DNA of 64,000 nucleotides from Sedimentisphaerales bacterium (lineage in GTDB: Bacteria; Planctomycetota; Phycisphaerae; Sedimentisphaerales; SM23-30). The DNA is taken from NCBI GenBank assembly GCA_963666285.1, contig OY762711.1; one strand, written 5' to 3'. Shown here piece by piece: positions 52,781 through 61,911 of this stretch. The notes under the pieces were generated by a model, which searched no databases, had not been told where the DNA came from, and saw only the letters and a list, made by a program, of their open reading frames with translations. Positions within the stretch are counted from its first letter, which is position 1, and each line of letters opens with the position of its first letter. A program made the position numbers and the translations under genes.

Positions 52781-54184
52781 ATGAAGAAGTTTATTCACGA
52801 TGATTTTCTTTTACAGACTAAACAGGCAAGCAAGCTGTATCATGAATATGCCAAAGATATGCCTATCATTGACTTTCACTGCCACCTACCTCCCCAGGAA
52901 GTAGCGGGAGACAAAAAGTGGGCTAATGTCGCAGAGGTATGGCTGGGCGGTGACCATTATAAATGGCGTGCGATGAGGTCAAATGGTGTAGCTGAGAAAT
53001 TCTGTACAGGAAACGTTGCAGATCGTGAAAAGTTTGAGAAATTTGCGGAAACAATGCCTTATCTGCTGCGTAATCCGATGTATCATTGGACTCAACTGGA
53101 ATTGGCAAGGTATTTTGATGTCTTTGATCTGCTATCGCCTGAAACATCAGAGGATATATGGCAGCGTACTGGAGAAAAACTTAAAAGTATATCAGCCCGC
53201 TCTTTGATGAAAGAGAGTAATGTAGTTCTGGCATGTACTACTGATGACCCGATAGATTCACTGGAGTATCACAAACAAATCCTTACTGATGATTCGTTTG
53301 ATGTGCAGGTTCTGCCAACCTGGCGTCCTGACAAGGCAATGAAGATAGCGGACCCTTATACATACAATGAATATGTAGATAAGCTGGCAGCTGCAGCCGG
53401 TATGGCAATTAACAGTTACGATGATTTACTTGAAGCTCTGAGAAAGCGTCATGATTTCTTCCATGAATGTGGTTGCAGGCTTTCTGACCGTGGACTTGAT
53501 ACTGTTGTGTCAGAAACATTTAACGAAAATGAAGCTGATTGTATTTTTGCAAGAGTTCGTAATGGTGATCGCGTAACAGAGTATGAGGTTGCAGTATTCC
53601 AGACTTCTATGCTGCTTGAGCTTGCAATTATGGATGCAGATAGAGACTGGACAATGCAGCTGCATGTAGGTGCAATGAGAAATAACAATACTGCGATGTT
53701 TAATTCGCTGGGACCGGATACCGGTTTTGACTCAATTGCTGATTCCGGCTATGCCAAGGCATTAAGCAAGTTTTTGGATAGGTTAACAAGTATTGATAAA
53801 CTGCCAAAAACAATCCTTTACAATTTGCACCCTGGCGATAATGAGATGCTGGCAACTATGCTTGGTAATTTCCAGGATGGTTCGGTTCCAGGGAAAATAC
53901 AGTTGGGCAGCGGCTGGTGGTTCCTTGATCAGAAAGACGGAATGGAAAGGCAGATGGAAGCTCTTAGTCAGCTTGGTCTGCTGCGTCGTTTTGTTGGTAT
54001 GGTAACGGATAGCCGTTCATTTTTGTCTTATACCCGTCATGAATATTTCCGTCGGGTATTATGTAATATTCTTGGTAATGATATGGCTAATGGCCTTATA
54101 CCTGACGACTATGAGCTTGTTGGTCAGATGGTTAAAGATATTAGTTATAATAATGCTGCGACTTACTTTGGGTTTAATCTATAA
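52781..54184 (+). CDS. uxaC: Glucuronate (uronate) isomerase
   Basis: IIDFHCHL, DHYKWRAMR, CTTDDP, GWWFLDQ and TDSRSFLSYTRHEYFRR motifs. Confidence 0.96.
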   Translation: MKKFIHDDFLLQTKQASKLYHEYAKDMPIIDFHCHLPPQEVAGDKKWANVAEVWLGGDHYKWRAMRSNGVAEKFCTGNVADREKFEKFAETMPYLLRNPMYHWTQLELARYFDVFDLLSPETSEDIWQRTGEKLKSISARSLMKESNVVLACTTDDPIDSLEYHKQILTDDSFDVQVLPTWRPDKAMKIADPYTYNEYVDKLAAAAGMAINSYDDLLEALRKRHDFFHECGCRLSDRGLDTVVSETFNENEADCIFARVRNGDRVTEYEVAVFQTSMLLELAIMDADRDWTMQLHVGAMRNNNTAMFNSLGPDTGFDSIADSGYAKALSKFLDRLTSIDKLPKTILYNLHPGDNEMLATMLGNFQDGSVPGKIQLGSGWWFLDQKDGMERQMEALSQLGLLRRFVGMVTDSRSFLSYTRHEYFRRVLCNILGNDMANGLIPDDYELVGQMVKDISYNNAATYFGFNL

Positions 54185-54265
54185 TGATAGTATATGCTGT
54201 TTACTCCATGAGGGTATTTAGTGTTTAGTGATAAAATATATTTTTAGAATAAAGAAGTTTATGTA

Positions 54266-55084
54266 ATGAGTAATTTATTTGATGTAAAAGGAAAGCGAAT
54301 TGTTGTTACTGGCGGATCAGGGGTGTTGTGCAGTGAACTCGTCAGGTTTTTTGCTGCTCGTGGCGCAATAGTTTGTATTGGAGACTATAAGTTAGACCGA
54401 GCTGCAGGATTTGCGAAAGAAATTACAGATGCCGGCGGAGTTGCTTATCCTCTGAAAATGAATGTTGTTGTCAAAGAAGAGGTGGAAAATTCGCTGGATA
54501 AAGCTATTGAGCTGATGGGTGGTGTTGATGTATTAATCAATGGAGCAGGCGGAAATAAAAAAGAAGCTACAGCTACTGACGAGCTGTCATTCTTTGATAT
54601 TCCTGCAGATGCTTTTCGCTGGGTTTTTGACCTGAACCTGATTGGGGCACTGTTGCCGTCACAGGTTTATGGTAAATACATGGCGGAGCAAAAGAAGGGG
54701 ATTATTCTCAATGTTTCCAGCATGAATGCATATAAGCCGCTTACCAAGATAGTTGCTTATTCTGCTGCCAAAGCTGCGGTTAGCAACTTTACCCAGTGGC
54801 TGGCAGTACATATGTGCCAGAAGTACTCTACAGATATTCGTGTTAATGCAATAGCTCCGGGTTTCTTTTTGACCGATCAGAACCGTTTTCTTTTGACTGA
54901 CGAAAAGACCGGCGATCTTACCCCTCGCGGCCGGCAGATTATCGACCATACACCTATGGGACGTTTTGGTGATGCCGATGAGATCTGTGGTACAGTTCAG
55001 TGGCTCATAAGTGATGCTTCAAAATTTGTAAACGGCACTGTTATTCCGATTGACGGTGGTTTCAGTGCTTTTAGTGGTGTCTAA
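54266..55084 (+). CDS. uxuB: SDR-type D-mannonate oxidoreductase (fructuronate reductase)
   Basis: TGGSGVL, NGAGGN, YSAAKAAVSNFTQWLAVH and HTPMGRFG motifs; follows uxaC. Confidence 0.85.
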   Translation: MSNLFDVKGKRIVVTGGSGVLCSELVRFFAARGAIVCIGDYKLDRAAGFAKEITDAGGVAYPLKMNVVVKEEVENSLDKAIELMGGVDVLINGAGGNKKEATATDELSFFDIPADAFRWVFDLNLIGALLPSQVYGKYMAEQKKGIILNVSSMNAYKPLTKIVAYSAAKAAVSNFTQWLAVHMCQKYSTDIRVNAIAPGFFLTDQNRFLLTDEKTGDLTPRGRQIIDHTPMGRFGDADEICGTVQWLISDASKFVNGTVIPIDGGFSAFSGV

Positions 55085-55102
55085 TTATCTACGGAGTTTT
55101 AT

Positions 55103-56368
55103 ATGCTCTACTATTCAAGAGGCCATGAAAATGAAAGCCTGACATTATCTGATTTAAATGCCGGGCTGTGTGAAGCTTTAGATAAAATTGGCAATCGGCA
55201 AAAAGTGCTTGCTCTTCCGCCAGATATTACCCGTTTTTATTCTCGTGCGGGTAAGCTTACCGAATTTATCTGGCAATACTATGGTGAAAGACTGACAGAT
55301 ATACTACCAGCACTTGGCACTCACTATGCTATGACGGCTGAAGAGATTGATCGCATGTTTGGCCAGATCCCGCATGATCTCTTCAGGGTGCACGATTGGC
55401 GTAATGATGTAGTGACCATTGGTGAGGTGCCATCTGAGTATGTTAAGGAAGTCAGCGGCGGCAAAGTAGATTTTAGCTGGCCGGCTCAAGTGAACAGAAT
55501 GCTGATAGAAGGCGGACACGACCTGATTTTGTCAATAGGTCAAGTAGTACCGCATGAAGTTATTGGCATGGCCAATTATAATAAAAATATTTTTGTTGGT
55601 ACAGGTGGTGCAGAGGGTATTAACAAGAGTCATTTTCTTGGAGCTGCTTATGGTATGGAAAATATCATGGGACGGGCTGATACTCCAGTAAGAAAAGTGC
55701 TTAATTATGCATCAGATCATTTTGCCAAAGATATTCCAATTGTATATGTTCTGACAGTAGTTTCGGCAACCGAGGAAGGTCAGGCGATACGAGGTTTGTT
55801 TATTGGCGATGATGTTGAATGTTATGAATTAGCGGCTGAATTGTCGTTAAAGGTAAATTTTCAGATGCTGAATGAACCGCTGAAAAAAGCGGTAGTTTAC
55901 CTTGAACCGGAAGAGTTTAAGAGCACCTGGCTAGGTAATAAGAGTATTTATCGTACCCGCATGGCGATGGCTGATGGCGGTGAGCTGATTGTTCTGGCAC
56001 CCGGCCTGAAAGAATTTGGCGAGGATAAGGAAATTGACCGCCTTATCCGTAAGTATGGATATGTTGGTACTGATAAAGTCTTGCAGCTCACAAAAGAAAA
56101 TGAAGAGTTGAGTAATAACCTGAGTGCCGCAGCACACCTTATTCATGGATCGTCGGAAGGCAGATTTAACGTTACCTATTGTCCGGGAAATATCAGCCGA
56201 GAGGAAATTGAATCTGTCAATTTTACATATGCTGATCTGGACGAGATGCTTAAACGATATAATCCAGAAAAACTCCACGATGGATATAATACTGTCGATG
56301 GTGAAGAAGTATTCTATATTTCAAACCCGGGTCTTGGATTGTGGGCCTGGAAGGAGAAGTTTAAATAG
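55103..56368 (+). CDS. LarA/DUF2088 (lactate racemase superfamily) protein; probable D-mannonate/D-gluconate 2-epimerase (GntE-like)
   Basis: PPDITR, ALGTH, HDWR and VVPHEVIGMANYNKN motifs; sits between uxuB and a kinase plus gnd. Confidence 0.75.
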   Translation: MLYYSRGHENESLTLSDLNAGLCEALDKIGNRQKVLALPPDITRFYSRAGKLTEFIWQYYGERLTDILPALGTHYAMTAEEIDRMFGQIPHDLFRVHDWRNDVVTIGEVPSEYVKEVSGGKVDFSWPAQVNRMLIEGGHDLILSIGQVVPHEVIGMANYNKNIFVGTGGAEGINKSHFLGAAYGMENIMGRADTPVRKVLNYASDHFAKDIPIVYVLTVVSATEEGQAIRGLFIGDDVECYELAAELSLKVNFQMLNEPLKKAVVYLEPEEFKSTWLGNKSIYRTRMAMADGGELIVLAPGLKEFGEDKEIDRLIRKYGYVGTDKVLQLTKENEELSNNLSAAAHLIHGSSEGRFNVTYCPGNISREEIESVNFTYADLDEMLKRYNPEKLHDGYNTVDGEEVFYISNPGLGLWAWKEKFK

Positions 56369-56392
56369 TAAATTTATAATGGAGTCTAAGTA

Positions 56393-57463
56393 ATGACCGA
56401 AACATCAAAAAAATATGCTTTAATAATTCCAACAAGCATGGGGCTTCGTTTGACCCCTGCAAATTCACAGCCTTTTCATTGCAGTGATACTTTTAAGATG
56501 CAGGCTACCAGTGCCGAAAGTAATGTTGCAAGTGTTGTATCTTACCTGGGTATGCCGGTCAAGGTTTTAACGGCATTTGTTAAGGGTAGTCCGGTTTCTC
56601 ATTTTATCAAGGATAATATCAGAAGTCGTCGTATGGATTTTGAAGGACCTGAATTTGATCAGGGTGGCCCATGGGGGTATCGACACCAGATTAATATGGC
56701 AGATAGTGGATGGGGTTCTCGTGGGCCGCGTGTTCAGAATGATCGTGCCGGTGAGGTTGGTCGTGAGCTTTGTGTTGACGATTTTGATCTTGACAGAATT
56801 TTTGGCAAGGAAGGTACTACCATTGTGCATCTGTCAGGTCTGATTGCGGCATTATCCCCCAAGACCAGTAAGTTCTGTCTTGATATTGCCAGGGTTGCAA
56901 AAGAAAATGGTTCTCTTATCTCATTTGATCTAAACCATCGTGCCAGTTTCTGGAAAGGTCGTGAAAAAGAGCTGTCCGAGGCTTTCGCAGAGATTGCTTC
57001 TCGCAGTGATATTCTGATTGGTAATGAAGAAGATTTTCAGCTTTGTCTGGGGATCAAAGGTCCGGAATCCGGCGGTCAGGGTCTTGATGAAAAAATAGAC
57101 AGTTTTAAGGAAATGATTGGCAGGGTTCAGAAGGCATATCCCAATGCCGGTTATTTTGGTACAACCCTTCGAGAAGTTGTCTCGGCTAACTGTCACATGT
57201 GGGGGGCTTTGGTTACCGACGGTAAAGACTGGGAAGTAATCAAGCCGCGTGAGATCGGTGTTTTGGACCGTATAGGCGGTGGCGATGGCTTTGTTGGTGG
57301 CTTACTTTACGGCATTCTCAAGGGTTGGGATGTTCAAAAATGCGCCAGGTTTGGCTGGGCCAGTGGTGCATTGGCTGCAACTATGCTGACAGATTATGCT
57401 CAGCCTGCTGATGAAGATCAGCTTTGGAGTATATGGGAAGGAAACGCAAGAGTAAAAAGATAG
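56393..57463 (+). CDS. Second PfkB-family sugar-acid kinase; candidate gluconate kinase
   Basis: SAESNVA, FDLNHR, GNEEDF and DRIGGGDGF motifs; substrate inferred from context. Confidence 0.75.
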   Translation: MTETSKKYALIIPTSMGLRLTPANSQPFHCSDTFKMQATSAESNVASVVSYLGMPVKVLTAFVKGSPVSHFIKDNIRSRRMDFEGPEFDQGGPWGYRHQINMADSGWGSRGPRVQNDRAGEVGRELCVDDFDLDRIFGKEGTTIVHLSGLIAALSPKTSKFCLDIARVAKENGSLISFDLNHRASFWKGREKELSEAFAEIASRSDILIGNEEDFQLCLGIKGPESGGQGLDEKIDSFKEMIGRVQKAYPNAGYFGTTLREVVSANCHMWGALVTDGKDWEVIKPREIGVLDRIGGGDGFVGGLLYGILKGWDVQKCARFGWASGALAATMLTDYAQPADEDQLWSIWEGNARVKR

Positions 57464-57593
57464 ATTACTGTTTTGATCTGATACTCTAATGTCCTGTTTT
57501 GTAAGGTTTTATATAAAGGCATTGACTTTGTCCCTTTATGTTGAATAACATTATGATAAAGAAAAACAAATATTAATATATGGAGAATATATA

Positions 57594-59045
57594 ATGTCGA
57601 AAGCAGATATTGCTGTGATTGGTTTAGCTGTGATGGGTGAAAATCTGATCTTGAATATGGAAAGTAAAGGTTTTACTGTTGCCTGTTATAACCGGACAGT
57701 TTCAAAAGTAGATGAATTTATGGAAGGACGGGCTAAAGACAAAAACATTATTGGCTGTAAGTCTGTTGAAGAATTGGTAGCCAGTCTGAAGAGTCCTCGA
57801 AAAGTTATGATGATGGTTAAAGCCGGAAAACCTGTTGATTTGTGTATTGAGCAGGTATTACCACTTCTTGATGATGGAGATATCATAATTGATGGTGGAA
57901 ACAGCCATTTCCCTGATACCGTTCGCAGAACAGAACTGGTTGAAAGTCAGGGTAAATTATATATTGGTACCGGTGTTTCCGGTGGAGAAGAAGGAGCGTT
58001 GCTGGGGCCGTCAATTATGCCGGGTGGTTCGCCAAAAGCCTGGGAAGCTGTAAAGCCCATTTTCCAGAAGATTTCAGCTCATACAGATGCTGGTGAGCCT
58101 TGCTGTGACTGGGTTGGAGAAGGCGGTGCAGGGCATTTTGTCAAGATGGTTCATAATGGTATTGAGTATGGTGATATGCAGATGATCTGTGAAACCTACC
58201 AGATGATGAAACAGGGTCTTGGCATGACTAATGAAGAAATGCATGATGTTTTCAAAGATTGGAATGAAGGTGAGCTTGACTCATATCTGATCGAAATAAC
58301 TCGTGATATTCTTGGTTATAAAGATGATGATGGTGAAGCTGTTGTTGATTTTATTCTTGATACTGCCGGTCAGAAAGGTACCGGTAAGTGGACAGCGGTT
58401 TCTGCTTTAGATACCGGCCAGCCGCTGACACTGGTAACCGAAGCAGTGTTTGCTCGTTGTTTGTCTGCGTTGAAGGAAGAGCGTGTTGAAGCTTCAAAAG
58501 TACTGGCCGGACCAGGTAAGGTTTTCGATGGAAATAAAAAACAGATGGTCGATGATTTGCGTCAGGCATTATATGCTTCAAAAATCGTTAGCTATGCCCA
58601 GGGTTACCAGCTGATGAGAGCTGCGGCTGCTGAATACGGCTGGAATTTGAATTATGGAGGTATTGCCTTGATGTGGCGTGGCGGTTGTATTATCCGCTCA
58701 GTATTTCTTGGCAAGATTAAAGAAGCATTTGACAAAAATCCTGAATTAAATAATCTGCTGATGGACTCTTTCTTTAAGGATGCCATTGAGAAAGCCCAGG
58801 ATGCCTGGAGAAGGGTGCTGGTTGCATCTGTTCAGATGGGTATTCCTATGCCTGCAATTAACTCAGCCTTGGCTTATTATGATGGTTATCGTGCCGAGCG
58901 TCTGCCATCAAATCTGCTGCAGGCCCAGCGTGACTATTTTGGCGCTCATACTTACGAACGCATTGACAAGCCTCGCGGCGAATTCTTCCATACAAACTGG
59001 ACAGGTCGCGGTGGTACAACAGCGTCAACAACTTATAATGTTTAA
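57594..59045 (+). CDS. gnd: 6-phosphogluconate dehydrogenase, NADP-dependent, decarboxylating
   Basis: GLAVMG, GVSGGEEGA, KMVHNGIEYG, QKGTGKWT and QRDYFGAHTY motifs. Confidence 0.97.
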   Translation: MSKADIAVIGLAVMGENLILNMESKGFTVACYNRTVSKVDEFMEGRAKDKNIIGCKSVEELVASLKSPRKVMMMVKAGKPVDLCIEQVLPLLDDGDIIIDGGNSHFPDTVRRTELVESQGKLYIGTGVSGGEEGALLGPSIMPGGSPKAWEAVKPIFQKISAHTDAGEPCCDWVGEGGAGHFVKMVHNGIEYGDMQMICETYQMMKQGLGMTNEEMHDVFKDWNEGELDSYLIEITRDILGYKDDDGEAVVDFILDTAGQKGTGKWTAVSALDTGQPLTLVTEAVFARCLSALKEERVEASKVLAGPGKVFDGNKKQMVDDLRQALYASKIVSYAQGYQLMRAAAAEYGWNLNYGGIALMWRGGCIIRSVFLGKIKEAFDKNPELNNLLMDSFFKDAIEKAQDAWRRVLVASVQMGIPMPAINSALAYYDGYRAERLPSNLLQAQRDYFGAHTYERIDKPRGEFFHTNWTGRGGTTASTTYNV

Positions 59046-59054
59046 TCAATTACT

Positions 59055-59085
59055 GGCCGGACGGTTAAAACTGTCCGGCTTTTTT
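59055..59085 (+). terminator. Rho-independent terminator after gnd
   Basis: GCCGGAC/GTCCGGC stem plus T6. Confidence 0.8.
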
Positions 59086-59116
59086 ATGCGCATTAAAGCT
59101 TTGGTATATATTTGGT

Positions 59117-59473
59117 ATGGATAGTGGTTTATATATAGCAATCTTCAATCTCGAAAAGGCATTAACTATTGAAGTAGGAAAGTTTGGCAGGCATGACTTT
59201 GTGCCAGGTTATTATTTTTATGCGGGTAGTGCAAAGCGAAATATGATGTCACGGCTTGATCGACATGCCAGTCAAAATAAGCCGCTTCGTTGGCATATTG
59301 ATTATCTGTCTATTTATGCTCAAATGCTCGGCGCGGTTATTCTGGAAGATTTTGATATTACTGAATGTGAGTTAGCCGAAGAATTATCTTTATTATACCA
59401 GAGAATTATTCCTGGTTTTGGGGCATCTGACTGTAAATGTGAGGGACATTTGTTTTATAATGCTGAATTCTGA
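59117..59473 (+). CDS. DUF123 / GIY-YIG (Uri superfamily) nuclease-like protein
   Basis: GLY..YAGSA, RLDRH, WHIDYL and GFGASDCKCEGHL motifs. Confidence 0.85.
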   Translation: MDSGLYIAIFNLEKALTIEVGKFGRHDFVPGYYFYAGSAKRNMMSRLDRHASQNKPLRWHIDYLSIYAQMLGAVILEDFDITECELAEELSLLYQRIIPGFGASDCKCEGHLFYNAEF

Positions 59474-59699
59474 TACTTAGGCTTGTAAATTTCAGTTCCT
59501 TCTTCAAACCCTTCGAAAACGATTATTTTATTATAAGTTTGTATGTATTATTAATTTAATGGTTATATTATTAGGGGCTTTCATTTATTTTTCTCTTGAA
59601 TATGTTGTATGCTTTGGTATAAACTCTATAGGAAGTGGGGTAAAACTGATATAAATATATACAGCAAATTAAATTATAAAAAACTAATGGGTATAAGCA

Positions 59700-61883
59700 A
59701 TGTCAAGACTGATAATGATCTCCAATAGATTGCCGGTAAGCGTGTCGAAAGAAAACGGAGAGTTGTCTTTCCATTCCAGCGTTGGCGGTGTTGCAACTGG
59801 CATAGCATCTCTTGAGGATCCCAAAGAACGCCTTTGGATGGGATGGCCGGGACTCGCTAATGATCAGATTAATAAAAAAGAAGCTGAGAAGATAAAGAAA
59901 GAGTTGAAGTCACGCGGCTGCATTCCTCTTTTTTTAAGCGAGCAGGATATAGAAGAGTTTTATGCAGGTTTCTCTAATAAGACTATCTGGCCGTTATTCC
60001 ATTATTTTTCCACAAAATCTTCATTTAGAGATGAATATTGGAATACTTACAAACAGGTTAATCAGGCATTTTGTGACGAAATTGTTAAACATATTACGCC
60101 TGAAGATCAAGTATGGATTCATGACTATCAATTAATGCTTTTGCCCGGAATGCTTCGTGAAAAGATGCCGGATGCAGATATTGGTTTCTTTTTACATATT
60201 CCATTTCCTACCTTTGAACTTATTCGCCATCTGCCCTGGCGTATGGAAATTCTGGAAGGAATTCTCGGTGCCGACCTTGTCGGTTTTCATGAATACGACT
60301 ATGTAAGGCATTTTCTCAGTAGTGTATATCGAATTGCAGGGCATGAACATCACTTAAGCGAATTAGTTGTGGGTGACAGACTTGTCAGGGTAGATGCGTT
60401 CCCGATGGGTATAGATTATTATAAATATGCAAACAGCTTTGATTTGCCTGAAGTTAAGGCACAGGTTAATAATTATAGTACAAATAAAGAATTGCGTTTG
60501 ATAATTTCAGTTGACAGGCTGGATTATACAAAGGGTATATTAGAGCGATTGCTGGCATATAATACTTTTCTTACAGAGAACCCTCATTACCATGGAAAAG
60601 TATCTCTTATGATAATTGCAGTTCCTTCTAGAACGAAAGTTGATGATTATGCTGAGTTGCGAGATCAGATAGAAGTTACCGTCGGACGTATCAACGGTGA
60701 GTTCAGTACTGTCAATTGGATCCCTATACAATATCTCTATCGCTCTCTTCCTTTTGACCAACTGGCGGCTCTATATAATATTGCTGATGTAGCATTGATA
60801 ACCCCACTCCGAGACGGTATGAATCTGGTAGCAAAGGAATTTGTTGCCTGTCAGGAACATCGAGAGGAGCAGGGAATACTGATATTAAGTGAAATGGCCG
60901 GTGCAGCCTCCGAGCTTGGCGAGTCTTTAGTAATTAATCCATTTGACCATAGAAAGCTTGTTAATGCCATAAAGGATGCTCTGGAGATGCCCGATAAAGA
61001 ACGTAAGCGTCGCAATAAGCTTATGCAAAAGCGTTTATCGCGGTATACTGTCGGACATTGGGCAGAAGATTTTCTGAAACGATTAAAGGAAATAAAAAAT
61101 AAGCAGGAGTATTCTGTAACAAGAAGATTTATTCGTAAGCATCGTGCAGAAGCTACCTTAAATTATGCAACTGCAGAAAAGAGGCTTTTATTGTTCGATT
61201 ATGATGGTACTCTGGTGCCGTTCTTTAAACTTCCCGAGCAGGCATTTCCTGACGAAGAGATTCTTGGTATTCTCGAAAAATTAACAAATGATCCCAGGAA
61301 TCAGGTTGTTATTATCAGTGGCCGAGATAAAGATACTCTTGAAAAATGGGTGGGCCACTTTCCTCTTGCGTTGGTCGTCGAGCATGGAGCTTATGTTCGC
61401 AACGAAAATGGAAAATGGGAAACAATGGTTGCTCCTGAAAATGACTGGAAAAAAATTGTCAGACCTATATTTGAGCTGTATGTCGACAGGACGCCAGGCT
61501 CGTTTATTGAAGAAAAAGTATATTCACTTGTCTGGCATTGTCGAAAGAGCGAACCTGATCTGGCGAAGCTGCGTACACAGGAAGTAAAAAATGCTCTTGT
61601 TGATATGACTTCAAACCTGAATATAGGAGTGTTTGAAGGTAATAAAATAGTAGAGGTAAAAGATATTGGAGCTAATAAAGGTCAGTCGATTATCAATTGG
61701 GCCGGCAGTGATGATTGGGACTTCATTTTTTGTGCCGGGGATGATTATACTGATGAAGATATGTTTAATGCTCTTCCGGAAAAGGCCATATCATGTAAAA
61801 TCGGTATGGGGCCCTCAAATGCGGTTTATCGATTAGATTCACCGTTTGAATTGAGAGCGTTTTTAAAGTCACTAATAGAATAA
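59700..61883 (+). CDS. Bifunctional trehalose-6-phosphate synthase/phosphatase (OtsA-OtsB fusion)
   Basis: SNRLP, WIHDYQL, FLHIPFP, DRLDYTKG and DGMNLVAKE motifs; HAD domain DYDGTL...GDDYTDEDMF. Confidence 0.95.
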   Translation: MSRLIMISNRLPVSVSKENGELSFHSSVGGVATGIASLEDPKERLWMGWPGLANDQINKKEAEKIKKELKSRGCIPLFLSEQDIEEFYAGFSNKTIWPLFHYFSTKSSFRDEYWNTYKQVNQAFCDEIVKHITPEDQVWIHDYQLMLLPGMLREKMPDADIGFFLHIPFPTFELIRHLPWRMEILEGILGADLVGFHEYDYVRHFLSSVYRIAGHEHHLSELVVGDRLVRVDAFPMGIDYYKYANSFDLPEVKAQVNNYSTNKELRLIISVDRLDYTKGILERLLAYNTFLTENPHYHGKVSLMIIAVPSRTKVDDYAELRDQIEVTVGRINGEFSTVNWIPIQYLYRSLPFDQLAALYNIADVALITPLRDGMNLVAKEFVACQEHREEQGILILSEMAGAASELGESLVINPFDHRKLVNAIKDALEMPDKERKRRNKLMQKRLSRYTVGHWAEDFLKRLKEIKNKQEYSVTRRFIRKHRAEATLNYATAEKRLLLFDYDGTLVPFFKLPEQAFPDEEILGILEKLTNDPRNQVVIISGRDKDTLEKWVGHFPLALVVEHGAYVRNENGKWETMVAPENDWKKIVRPIFELYVDRTPGSFIEEKVYSLVWHCRKSEPDLAKLRTQEVKNALVDMTSNLNIGVFEGNKIVEVKDIGANKGQSIINWAGSDDWDFIFCAGDDYTDEDMFNALPEKAISCKIGMGPSNAVYRLDSPFELRAFLKSLIE

Positions 61884-61911
61884 ATAATATAACATAAAAA
61901 AGAACTGTATT

